NCBI GenBank assembly: GCA_011064875.1
Contig: JAAKFV010000002.1
Coordinates: forward strand, 1-51,749
Direction of reading: 5' to 3'
Origin: Candidatus Anoxychlamydiales bacterium
Lineage (GTDB): Bacteria; Chlamydiota; Chlamydiia; Chlamydiales; SM23-39
Length of the DNA stretch: 51,749 bases
The notes under the pieces are model-generated. The model ran no database searches. It was not told where the DNA came from and worked only from the letters and a program-made list of their open reading frames with translations. This document shows positions 27,490 to 36,904 of the stretch, piece by piece (the first letter of the stretch is position 1; the number at the start of each line of letters is the position of its first letter). The position numbers and the translations under genes are program-made.

Positions 27490-29514
27490 TTAGAGCATAG
27501 CTGAAAACTCTTCTTCTGTAAGAGTTTTTATTCCTAATTTTTTAGCTTTCTCAAATTTAGAACCAGGCTCAGATCCTACTAAAACATAGTCGGTATTTTT
27601 GCTAACAGAACTAGAGGTTTTACCCCCTCTTTCTTTTATTAGCTTTTTGGCTTCATCTCTTGTGAAATGTTCTAAAGAGCCTGTTAAAACAAAGATTTTA
27701 CTAAAAAATAGATGATCTTTTTTTGTCTCTTTTGGCTTTTGAGGAGAAACTCCTAAAGATAGAAGTTTTTCAATTTCATCTAAATTATTTTGATCTTCAA
27801 AATACTCTACAATAGAATCTGCAGCAATATCTCCAATACCCTCAATATTTATAAGCTCTTCTGTAGTTAATTTTTGAAGCTTTTTTATATCTTTTGAAAA
27901 GTTCGCTAAAAGATCAGCACTCTCAGATCCCACATATTTAATTCCAAGCGCCATTATGAATCTAGAAAATGTGCATTTTTTTGATTTTTTAATGCTATCT
28001 AATAAATTTTTAATAGATTTTTCTTTAAAGCCTTCAAGCTCTGATAACATCTCTTCATTTAAAAGATATATATCAGAGGGTTTTGATACAAAACCCCTTT
28101 CAACTAAAGTCTGCATAACTTTAATACCTAAGTGCTCTATATCCATAGCATTTTTTGCAGCGAAATAAATGAGTCTTCTTAGATTTTGACCTTTACAATT
28201 TAAATTTGTGCAGCGATAAGCTACCTCCCCTTTTACATTTTCAACATCAAATAAGCAAATTGGACATTTTTTTGGCATCTCAAATTTTTTAGCGCCCTTT
28301 TTTCTTTTAGAAAAATCAACGCTTACAACTTTAGGGATAACATCGCCGCCTTTTTCAATTATTACTGTATCTGTGATTCTAATATCTTTTCTTTGGATCT
28401 CATCTAGGTTATGAAGAGTTGCTCTTGAAATTGTCGATCCTGCTACAAATGTAGGTTCTAGCTCCGCTACGGGGGTTAAAATGCCTGTTCGTCCAATTTG
28501 TATTGTAATATCTTTTATAGTTGTTATTGCTTGCTCTGCTGCAAATTTATAAGCTACGGCGTATCTAGGTGATTTTCCTGTAAAGCCAAGGGATTTATGA
28601 GCTTTTATATCATCTACTTTTATGACGATACCATCGATTTCAAAACTAAGTTTCTCTCTTGTCTTTTCTATTTTATTTGCAAAAGATAAGATATCATCTA
28701 AATTTTTACAGAGATTAAAATGTTTTTGAGATGAAATCGGAAGTCCGAATTCTTTTAAGTAGTTGTGCATTTCAAATTGAGAGGAAACAAAATTCTCAGC
28801 ATTTGCAATTGAGTAGCAAATAACATCTAAATGTCTTTTTGCAACTTCTTTTGGATCTAAAAGTTTTAAAGAGCCTGCGGCTGCATTTCTTGGGTTTGCA
28901 AAAACATCTAATCCATCTTCTTCTCTTTTTTCATTTAACTTTTTAAAAATGTTTTTATGTATAAAAACCTCTCCTCTAACTTCGATTAAATCTGGAATGT
29001 TTTTTTCGCTACTATGAAGTTTTAAAGGAAGAGTTTTTATAGTTTTTATATTTAGAGTTACATCATCTCCAGTTTTACCATTTCCCCTTGTTAAAGCTTG
29101 TGTAAGATGACCTTTTTCATATCTAATAGATATTGCCGTTCCATCCATTTTTAACTCTGTGCAGAATTTAACATCCTCTTTTTCTAAAAGCTTATATATC
29201 CTTTTAATAAAATCTTTTAACTCATCTTTTGAATATGTATTAGCAAGAGACATCATCGGAGTTAAATGAGAAAAGTGTTTAAAGCCTTTTGTTAGGGCTT
29301 CTCCTATTCTTAAAGATGGAGAGTTTGGATGTATTAGAGTAGGATTTTTTTTTTCAAAAGCTTGAAGCTCTTTAATTAACAGATCATAATCGTAGTCTGA
29401 AATTATAGGCTTAGCTTCTTTGTAGTAGTGTTTATCGTGCTCGATAAGCTCATTTACAAGGTCTATGTAATCTTTTTGGTCTTTTATTTTTCTATGGGTC
29501 AATTTGAACCTCAA
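27490..29514 (-). CDS. ligA: NAD-dependent DNA ligase LigA
   Basis: 674 aa. Adenylation motif KMDG (ELKMDGTAISI), a Cys4 zinc finger (CPICLF...CTNLNC), and HhH and BRCT regions. Confidence 0.97.
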   Translation of the reverse strand: MRFKLTHRKIKDQKDYIDLVNELIEHDKHYYKEAKPIISDYDYDLLIKELQAFEKKNPTLIHPNSPSLRIGEALTKGFKHFSHLTPMMSLANTYSKDELKDFIKRIYKLLEKEDVKFCTELKMDGTAISIRYEKGHLTQALTRGNGKTGDDVTLNIKTIKTLPLKLHSSEKNIPDLIEVRGEVFIHKNIFKKLNEKREEDGLDVFANPRNAAAGSLKLLDPKEVAKRHLDVICYSIANAENFVSSQFEMHNYLKEFGLPISSQKHFNLCKNLDDILSFANKIEKTREKLSFEIDGIVIKVDDIKAHKSLGFTGKSPRYAVAYKFAAEQAITTIKDITIQIGRTGILTPVAELEPTFVAGSTISRATLHNLDEIQRKDIRITDTVIIEKGGDVIPKVVSVDFSKRKKGAKKFEMPKKCPICLFDVENVKGEVAYRCTNLNCKGQNLRRLIYFAAKNAMDIEHLGIKVMQTLVERGFVSKPSDIYLLNEEMLSELEGFKEKSIKNLLDSIKKSKKCTFSRFIMALGIKYVGSESADLLANFSKDIKKLQKLTTEELINIEGIGDIAADSIVEYFEDQNNLDEIEKLLSLGVSPQKPKETKKDHLFFSKIFVLTGSLEHFTRDEAKKLIKERGGKTSSSVSKNTDYVLVGSEPGSKFEKAKKLGIKTLTEEEFSAML

Positions 29515-31600
29515 ATATCAAAGTAGTAAAAGCTGCTATATCAAAGTATAACCCATTAGGTGTTATTTTTACACTCTCAAGCTCTTTTTCAGAGCCTAAA
29601 TATTTTTCTAAATTTGTATTAAAAATTAGATTTGCTTTTTTTAAATTTTCTAGTTTTAAAAAATAGTTTTTTAAATAATTTTTTGAAAAATTATGAATAC
29701 ATAAAAGCTTTGATTTTTTAGATATTCTAAGATATGAAATTATTGAATTTTTCTTATCTGAGATATCTACCCATTTAAATCCATCAAATGAAAAATCATC
29801 TTCATATAAAGGCTCTTTTTCAAGATATAGATGATTTATATCTCTTACAAAATCTTGATATTTTCGATGGTTCAAATTTTTTAAAAGCTCCCAGTTAATC
29901 TCTTTGAAATTATCCCACTCTTTTATTTGAGCTATCTCAGATCCCATAAAAGTTAGCTTTTTACCAGGATGACAAATCATAAAACTATATAAAAGTCGAT
30001 AATTTGCAAATTTTTCAAAAATGTTATCCCCTCTCATTTTATCAAATAAAGATTTTTTTTCATGAACCACTTCATCATGTGAAAATGGCAAAATAAATTT
30101 TTCATTAAATGTATACATAATAGAAAAGGTTAGATCATTTTGATTGTTTTGTCTCTCTTCTATAGGCGATACAAAATATTTTAGAGTATCTGACATCCAT
30201 CCCATATTCCATTTAAAATCAAAACCTAAACTTTTTTTATCGGTAACTCCCTTATAAGCTGAAGCCTCTTCTGCTATCATCAAAATATCTGGATAACTAT
30301 CCAATACTTTTTTATTTAACTTTTTTAGAAATTCAATAGCCTCTAAATTTTTATTATCCCCAAATTTATTTGCTTTCCACTGATCTTTATCTCTTCCAAA
30401 ATCTAAATATAGCATTGAAGAGACAGCATCTACTCTAAGTCCATCTATATGGTATTTCTCTAAATAAAAAAGAGCGCTAGAGATTAAAAAATTTTGAATC
30501 TCTTTTTTCTCATAATCAAATATAGAAGTCTTCCATTGAGGATGCTCTCTTAAACTTTCATCTGCATTTTCAAATAAATACGAACCATCAAACTTATTTA
30601 ATGCAAAATCATCTATCGGAAAATGAGCTGGCACCCAATCTAAAATAACCCCGATATTATTTTTATGCATATAATTTACAAAATACTGAAAATCCTTAAC
30701 ATTTCCATATCTAGAAGTTACAGCAAAAAATCCTGTTACTTGATAACCCCAAGAATCATCTAATGGATGTTCCATTATTGGCATTAGCTCGATATAGTTA
30801 AATCCCATATCTTTTAGATAGGGAGCTAACTTATGTGCTAAATCTTTATAATTTAAGAAAAACTCATCTCCCTTTACCCAAGACTGCAGATGCACTTCAT
30901 AAATATTAATTGGTCTATTTAAATTTTTATGTTTTCTATTATCTATCCAATCTTTATCTTCCCATTTAAAACTCTCTAAATCTGAGACAATAGCGCTATT
31001 GTGAGGTCTTAGCTCTGTAAAATAAGCAAAAGGATCTGTTTTTACTAAAACATCTCCTCTTTGAGTTGTTATCTCAAATTTATATAAAGATCCATAATCT
31101 ACAGAAGGTATAAATATCTGCCAGATGCCTGAATTTTTAACATTTTTTAAAGGGTTTATTTTCCCATCAAAATCATTGAAATTACCAATAACAGATACTC
31201 CTATTGCATTTGGAGCAAATACACTAAACTCAACACCTTCAATACCATTTATAATCTTTTTATGAGCTCCTAAAATCTTATAGAGATTGAAATGATCTTT
31301 ATTTAAAAAATTTTGAATGTCTTCATTTTTTAGGGTTGTCTCAAATGCATATGGATCATGAATAAGATTATCAGTAGATAAATAAATCTTATAATCTAAA
31401 TTTTTAATTTTTCTATCTAATTTATGTTCAAAAAGACCCCTTTTATCGATATTTTTGGCCTCAACACTTTTATTATTAATTTCTAAAAAAAAAATTTCAT
31501 TATTAGGTCTGAAAATACGAATTACATCATCATGTAATCCCAAAAATGAATGCGGGTCAGGATGTTTTTTTTCTAATAATAGATCTAGATGTTTTTGCAT
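29492..31600 (-). CDS. glgB: 1,4-alpha-glucan branching enzyme GlgB
   Basis: 702 aa. GH13 conserved regions (DWVPAHF, GLRVDAVSSM, MIAEEAS, FSHDEV). The 3' end overlaps the ligA start by 23 nt. Confidence 0.96.
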   Translation of the reverse strand: MQKHLDLLLEKKHPDPHSFLGLHDDVIRIFRPNNEIFFLEINNKSVEAKNIDKRGLFEHKLDRKIKNLDYKIYLSTDNLIHDPYAFETTLKNEDIQNFLNKDHFNLYKILGAHKKIINGIEGVEFSVFAPNAIGVSVIGNFNDFDGKINPLKNVKNSGIWQIFIPSVDYGSLYKFEITTQRGDVLVKTDPFAYFTELRPHNSAIVSDLESFKWEDKDWIDNRKHKNLNRPINIYEVHLQSWVKGDEFFLNYKDLAHKLAPYLKDMGFNYIELMPIMEHPLDDSWGYQVTGFFAVTSRYGNVKDFQYFVNYMHKNNIGVILDWVPAHFPIDDFALNKFDGSYLFENADESLREHPQWKTSIFDYEKKEIQNFLISSALFYLEKYHIDGLRVDAVSSMLYLDFGRDKDQWKANKFGDNKNLEAIEFLKKLNKKVLDSYPDILMIAEEASAYKGVTDKKSLGFDFKWNMGWMSDTLKYFVSPIEERQNNQNDLTFSIMYTFNEKFILPFSHDEVVHEKKSLFDKMRGDNIFEKFANYRLLYSFMICHPGKKLTFMGSEIAQIKEWDNFKEINWELLKNLNHRKYQDFVRDINHLYLEKEPLYEDDFSFDGFKWVDISDKKNSIISYLRISKKSKLLCIHNFSKNYLKNYFLKLENLKKANLIFNTNLEKYLGSEKELESVKITPNGLYFDIAAFTTLIFEVQIDP

Positions 31601-31721
31601 GGATTAGCTTTTTGCTTTTCTTTGGTATAACAAAAACTAAGATTGTTTTTCAAATTTATACCCAAAAAAAAAAATTTATATTTATCAAAAATACTAAAAT
31701 TAAAATCACAATAGTTAAACA

Positions 31722-32102
31722 TCATTTAATTGAAGATACTTTAAAATTCTCATCAACCCATAATCCAATTATCTTAGCATCAAAATTCCAATCTTTTACA
31801 ATCTCGATAGCAGATCTAATCTCTTTAAGTTGGATATCTTTTGGAGTAGGGTTTCCTGCGCAATCAAAATGCCCTACTATAGCTATTAGTTTTGAATTAC
31901 GCATTTTTGTGGATATTTCAACTCTTGTTTTTATGGATTCTATTATTGCGCGATCTTTATTCTCTGATAGAATTTTATTTGGCCCGGGCTCTGTTATCAT
32001 ATCCACATAATCTACTAGAGCTTCTTTTTGTAACCAATGAATTACAGGTAGCTGGACCCTTCCATCCATACAGTTAATTGCTGTTGCAAATATTTTTTTC
32101 AT
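31722..32102 (-). CDS. Small beta-carbonic-anhydrase-like protein, function unknown
   Basis: 126 aa. C11-M-D-G-R15 and G77-H-F-D-C81-A-G reproduce the beta-CA zinc-ligand pattern (CxDxR ... HxxC). The protein is much shorter than canonical beta-CAs. Confidence 0.5.
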   Translation of the reverse strand: MKKIFATAINCMDGRVQLPVIHWLQKEALVDYVDMITEPGPNKILSENKDRAIIESIKTRVEISTKMRNSKLIAIVGHFDCAGNPTPKDIQLKEIRSAIEIVKDWNFDAKIIGLWVDENFKVSSIK

Positions 32103-32119
32103 AAAAAATCCTCAAATTC

Positions 32120-33184
32120 TTATTTTTGAAATTTGTCAAAATAATAGGTTTTATCTTTTTCAAAAGATAAAAAATCTCTATTTTTAAAAAATTTACCTTT
32201 TTGTTTTATAAAAATTTTCAATCGATACGTTGTGATTTTTGATTGAAAATGAAGTTTTAATTTTATATCTTTTTTTGGCCTAAAAATAAGTTTTTTTATA
32301 AGTTTTTTAGACCATTCGATATCAAAGCTTCCTATTGGCAAGTTAATATTTAAAGCTTTGCCTGTATGAAAAGAAATAGGAATCGCTGGCAAGATCGAGA
32401 TCTCATCTAATTTTTGATCTATTAAAATAGATTTAATTATATAAAAAAGCTTTCGTAAAATATGCAAGGGACTTGCATCTTTTTCTTTTATTATTGGAAT
32501 GATATTTTGAAAATCTTCATCATTCACCCTTGGTATAAATGAATCAGAGAAATGAGCTTTATAAACTTTTATAAATTGATCTTCTATTTCATTCCTTTTT
32601 CTATTTTGGATTTTCTCTTTAAGTTCTCTAACTATACAATTTTCTCTTAGACATTTTTTTGTTTGAACATTTTTGAAAAATTGAGAATATAAAAATAAAA
32701 AAGGTAAAATCTCCATAAAATTTTCTCTTTTATTTATAAAATCTAAATCTTGTTTTTTATGAATACCTAAAAACAAAAATTCTTCTGGTTTTTTTGTATA
32801 AGAAATAGCTATCGGAAGATTTATACTAGTTTTGGGTTTTATTTTTTTTGTTTTGTCTAATTTTATTGAAAGTTCATCATGAGGTAGCCTTTCAAAATTG
32901 ATACAAGTAGCTTTTTCAGAGTTAAATATCTTATATGATAAAAAACCTTGCTGTGTCTGAAAAGAAACTTTTATATTACCATTTTGTAGATCTTGAAAAA
33001 TTGTAAAGTTTTTAACAGGCCCAATAAATTCTAAAAAGATTTTAAAATTTTTATCTGAATTCAAATCTTTAAAATGTAAAAGACCAGGAAAGATTTGAAC
33101 AAAATATGTTGAATTCACAATCAAAAATTTTGTGCCCAATCTATGAGAGATTATATTAAACTTTTGTTTTATTTTAATTTGCAC
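32120..33184 (-). CDS. Hypothetical protein
   Basis: 354 aa, Lys-rich. The start overlaps the mtaB-like stop region by 16 nt, suggesting co-transcription. I recognise no family with confidence. Confidence 0.55.
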   Translation of the reverse strand: MQIKIKQKFNIISHRLGTKFLIVNSTYFVQIFPGLLHFKDLNSDKNFKIFLEFIGPVKNFTIFQDLQNGNIKVSFQTQQGFLSYKIFNSEKATCINFERLPHDELSIKLDKTKKIKPKTSINLPIAISYTKKPEEFLFLGIHKKQDLDFINKRENFMEILPFLFLYSQFFKNVQTKKCLRENCIVRELKEKIQNRKRNEIEDQFIKVYKAHFSDSFIPRVNDEDFQNIIPIIKEKDASPLHILRKLFYIIKSILIDQKLDEISILPAIPISFHTGKALNINLPIGSFDIEWSKKLIKKLIFRPKKDIKLKLHFQSKITTYRLKIFIKQKGKFFKNRDFLSFEKDKTYYFDKFQK

Positions 33185-34407
33185 AGCTCACCTAAAATGT
33201 ATCCATCCATATTTTTTGTAAGTTTTACTTGCTTTATGTCATTAGAATGTATCTCAGAGCATTTAGGGACATACACTAAAAGATTGTTATCAGTTGATCC
33301 TACAAAATAATCATCTTTTATACTCTCAAATAAAACTCTCATCTCTCTTCCAATAAATTTTTCTCTTTTTTTAAAAGCTATTTCATTTGCCATTTGAGAT
33401 AAGAGCTTTTTTCTTTCATCTACAGAGTTTTTATCTACTTGATCTAAAAATTTTGCAGCTGCAGTATCTGGTCTTTTGGAGTATGGAAAAAAATGTACTT
33501 TTGTAAATTCAGCTTGCTTTATGATATTTAAAGTATTTTCAACATCTTCTAAAGTCTCTGTAGGAAAACCAACTATTAGATCTGTCATAAATGTAAAATC
33601 AGAATTTAGAGATGTTAGTTTTTTTACCTTTTCAATAAAAATTTCAGTTGTATATTTTCTTCTCATTTTTTTTAAAATCTTATTAGATCCAGATTGAAGT
33701 GAAATATGAAGATATTTACTCATTTTTTCAAAATTTATCAAAACATCAATTAACTCATCTGTAATATCATGGGGATGAATAGATGATAATTTTATTCTTT
33801 TTATATCTTCAATTTCGTGAATTTCTTTTAAAAGATCTACAAAGGATATATCTGATGAAAAATCCCCTAAATTGATACCTGTTAAAACAATTTCTTTATA
33901 TCCATTATCTGAGAGCTTTGTAATCTCATATAAAATATCCTCCGCTGTTCTAGATCTAGATCTCCCTCTAGTAAATGGAATAATACAATAGCTGCAAAAA
34001 GAATCACAGCCATCTTGAATTTTTACAAATGCTCTTGTGTGATTATCAAAATTTTTAATTTTAAATTTCGGAATTACTCTATTTGGGAAAATTTGAGAGA
34101 CTAAACTCTCTTTTTGAGTATTTGGAATAATTATTATATCCTCATCAATCTTATTTTTGACATCTTTTGAAATGCATCCTGTAAAATAAAATTTTGCATG
34201 TTTATTTCTCTTTTTTAAAGATTTTATAGCATTTATAGACTTTTTATCAGCCGAGCTCGTAACAGAACATGCATTTACAATACAAATGTCTGCATTGTCA
34301 TCTTTTGTTGAAATCAGCCCAAGGGTTTTTAACTGATCTGAATATGCTTGAGATTCATATTGGTTCGCTTTGCAACCAATTGTAAAAATGTTAAATTTTT
34401 TTTTCAT
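33169..34407 (-). CDS. mtaB: MiaB-family radical-SAM methylthiotransferase, MtaB-like
   Basis: 412 aa. UPF0004 cysteines (IGCKANQ, NACSVT, TGC), radical-SAM CDSFCSYC, and a TRAM-like C-terminus. It is shorter than the MiaB above, but assignment to MtaB rather than RimO is not certain. Confidence 0.78.
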   Translation of the reverse strand: MKKKFNIFTIGCKANQYESQAYSDQLKTLGLISTKDDNADICIVNACSVTSSADKKSINAIKSLKKRNKHAKFYFTGCISKDVKNKIDEDIIIIPNTQKESLVSQIFPNRVIPKFKIKNFDNHTRAFVKIQDGCDSFCSYCIIPFTRGRSRSRTAEDILYEITKLSDNGYKEIVLTGINLGDFSSDISFVDLLKEIHEIEDIKRIKLSSIHPHDITDELIDVLINFEKMSKYLHISLQSGSNKILKKMRRKYTTEIFIEKVKKLTSLNSDFTFMTDLIVGFPTETLEDVENTLNIIKQAEFTKVHFFPYSKRPDTAAAKFLDQVDKNSVDERKKLLSQMANEIAFKKREKFIGREMRVLFESIKDDYFVGSTDNNLLVYVPKCSEIHSNDIKQVKLTKNMDGYILGELCKLK

Positions 34408-34544
34408 AAAATCCTAAGATATAAATCTAAATTCAGTAAAAAATATAACAAAAACAAAAAAAAACAGCATGAAAAAAAAACAAAAGATGCTTATAATACT
34501 TTTCATATCTGAATAATAAAAAAAAAATTACGAGGTTATATTCA

Positions 34545-35168
34545 ATGGATATTATGATTCCTTCGGAGAAAATGTCTTTTATTCAATCAGCAATCTACAT
34601 ATTTTTTGTCTTTAATTCAATCGGTGAAATTCCAGTTTTTGTATCATTGCTTGCCAGATATAGCCACAAAAAACAAATTAAAATTATAATTAGAGAGCTT
34701 CTCATTGCTCTAGTTGTTTTGCTCGCTTTTGCTTTTTTTGGTAAAAACATGCTTCAAGCTCTTCAAATCTCTACATCTACAATAGGTATTGGAGGAGGTC
34801 TTCTTCTAATTATTATAGCCCTAAATATGATTTTCCCAAAACTCGAGCATGCTAATAAAAAGGATCTACATGGTCATGAACCATTTATTATACCACTTGC
34901 TATTCCAGGTCTAGCTGGCCCCGCTACTATCGCTGCTATGTTTATTCTATCTGCTCAAGTTGGCCCAATAGTTACCGCTGGAGCTCTAGTGATCGCTTGG
35001 ATCCCATCTTTAATTTTGCTACTTGCTGCCTCTTTCATTAAAAGAGTTTTAGGTGATAAAGGTATTTTAGCAGTAGAAAAAATCGGTGGTATGATCATTA
35101 TCCTTTTAGGGATCGAGATGTTCACAAAAGGGGTTATAGAAGTTGTAAAAGCGAACTTTTTTAGCTGA
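34545..35168 (+). CDS. marC: MarC family (UPF0056) integral membrane protein
   Basis: 207 aa with 6 predicted TM helices. The overall pattern and length are typical of the MarC/YhgN family. Confidence 0.8.
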   Translation: MDIMIPSEKMSFIQSAIYIFFVFNSIGEIPVFVSLLARYSHKKQIKIIIRELLIALVVLLAFAFFGKNMLQALQISTSTIGIGGGLLLIIIALNMIFPKLEHANKKDLHGHEPFIIPLAIPGLAGPATIAAMFILSAQVGPIVTAGALVIAWIPSLILLLAASFIKRVLGDKGILAVEKIGGMIIILLGIEMFTKGVIEVVKANFFS

Positions 35169-35477
35169 TTTTATACTTAGTCAATTATTTTTTAAGAAAA
35201 ACGATGGGACTTATAAAATTGTTCACAGGCATTTTTCTCGTACACATATGCTTATTCAGCCTTACGGTTCTGATGGAGGAGGAGGAAGCTACCCTGATTC
35301 TGTTGATCAAATTCACTCCATTTATAAAGAGAGTTTGCATAAATTAAATATAGGCCATCCTGACAGATGTAAACATTTCGCATATAATCCATCCTAAATT
35401 CCACCATTTACAATCCCATCCCTTTGTGTGCCAGCCGTTTAGGCGTCATTCTTTACAAAAAAAATATTTCCTTAAGC

Positions 35478-36488
35478 TTATTTTTCAGAAAATGTTTCAG
35501 ATGTTTTTGCTTTAGATTGCAACTCTTCTAGTAAAGCTATATCTTCAGTATCTGCTATTCTTTTTTCTTCCCTCTTACGACTATTGTCAAACTCTTCATA
35601 TTTATCAAAAGCTAGATTCTCTGCTACTTGTGCTGAAATTTTTCCAGCATGAGTAAGAAGATCTCTTTCATTGAAAGTAAGAAATGTATCAAGTTTTTGC
35701 TCCCATTCTCCCATTGTCATAACTTTATACCGGTTAACTTGATCTTCAGCATAGTCGAGATACATAATAACAATTCGATTAAGTTCATCAATTTCAGGTT
35801 GATTAAGATAATTCTTGGCAATACTTACATCTTGCTTCCTAACTCTACTTCCTTTCCAGCTTTTAAGCCCCATATTTGCAAGTACTGGATTGACTCTCTG
35901 AACAATTAATTCGGCAGCAGTCTGATGAGTTGTCGCCCAAAGCATCTTATTTTGAACTTTTTTAAAAAATAGCTTAGCTTGATCACTTTTAGGATCATAA
36001 TCTATTGCTGTAGCATAAATATCGCGTACTTTCTGATAAAAACGTTTTTCTGAAGAACGAATCTCTTTAATACGTTCAAGTAGTTCATCAAAATAGTCTA
36101 ATGTTGATGGATTTTTTAATCTTTCATCATCTAAAACAAATCCTTTAACAAGATATTCTCGAAGAGTCGTAGTAGCCCACTGACGAAATTGAGTTCCTCG
36201 ATTAGATTTCACTCGATAGCCAATCGCAAGAATCATTCTTAAATTATAAACTTTAGTTGCATAGTTCTTCCCATCACTGGCAGTTGTCAAGTATTCCTTG
36301 ACAACTGATTCATCTAATTCTTCTTCTGCAAAAATATTTTTAATATGAAGACTAATATTTTGTTTGGTTATCTGAAAAAGTTTCGCTATTTCAAGTTGAG
36401 TAAGCCAAACTGTACCACTTTCAGCTTTTAACTTAATTACTGCACTTCCATCTTCTACTGTATAAAGAATAATTTTTCCATTGCTCAT
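35478..36488 (-). CDS. rhuM: RhuM-family protein (virulence protein RhuM family)
   Basis: 336 aa. Strong resemblance to the RhuM consensus: IILYTVEDGSAVIKL....TVWLTQLEIAKLFQITKQNISLHIKNIF.EEELDE..VVKEYLTTASDGKNY.TK.YNL..ILAIGYRVKS.RGTQFRQWAT..LREYLVKGF.LDDERLK. Confidence 0.9.
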   Translation of the reverse strand: MSNGKIILYTVEDGSAVIKLKAESGTVWLTQLEIAKLFQITKQNISLHIKNIFAEEELDESVVKEYLTTASDGKNYATKVYNLRMILAIGYRVKSNRGTQFRQWATTTLREYLVKGFVLDDERLKNPSTLDYFDELLERIKEIRSSEKRFYQKVRDIYATAIDYDPKSDQAKLFFKKVQNKMLWATTHQTAAELIVQRVNPVLANMGLKSWKGSRVRKQDVSIAKNYLNQPEIDELNRIVIMYLDYAEDQVNRYKVMTMGEWEQKLDTFLTFNERDLLTHAGKISAQVAENLAFDKYEEFDNSRKREEKRIADTEDIALLEELQSKAKTSETFSEK

Positions 36489-36660
36489 ATCATCAAACCT
36501 TAAATAAAATATTATTTTTACCTAAAGAAACATTATATGGAATTTGAACATTTTTCCAGTTAAAAGTTCTGAATGCGTCTCTCCACCTCCATCTCATCAA
36601 AAAGTAGAACTATTGATTCTGTTTGTAATTTAAGCTCATTTAAGACCAAATAGTGATATA

Positions 36661-36870
36661 TCAAAAAAGTAAATCAGAAATTTTTCTTGCAATCTTTATG
36701 ATATTGACAGTATTTCCATATTTATTGTACCGCGTATACAAAATTAACCATCTTCTCTTTGTCTGCTTTCTAATCGGCTGCATTCCCACAGTACTATTGT
36801 TCTTAAAAGCTAAAAAATAGAGACGGCCATCTAACCTAGTTTGGCCATAATCTTCAAAAAAAGCTGTCAA
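36661..36870 (-). pseudogene. Short ORF, possibly a remnant of a RelE/ParE-like toxin gene
   Basis: 69 aa with a TTG start. The C-terminal part, RRWLILYTRYNKYGNTVNIIKIARKISD, loosely resembles the RelE/ParE motif (yRi.Y.....v.il.i.hr). It is shorter than typical members and surrounded by non-coding DNA. Confidence 0.22.
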
Positions 36871-36904
36871 TTAATACCTAAATACAAATATTTTTTAATT
36901 AATT

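Noticed and set aside
31600-31700. Long homopolymeric A/T tracts (for example the a-run near 31669-31680, and many 8-10 nt runs elsewhere) as phase-variation switches
   Set aside because: Such runs are frequent throughout this extremely AT-rich sequence, in both genes and spacers. None is positioned so that a length change would obviously toggle a reading frame of an accessory gene.
35204-35345. Short plus-strand ORF (about 47 aa, MGLIKLFTGIFLVHICLFSLTVLMEEEEATLILL...) in the left flank of rhuM
   Set aside because: It is too short, has no RBS and no recognisable motif. I treat it as part of the degraded flank and not as a gene.
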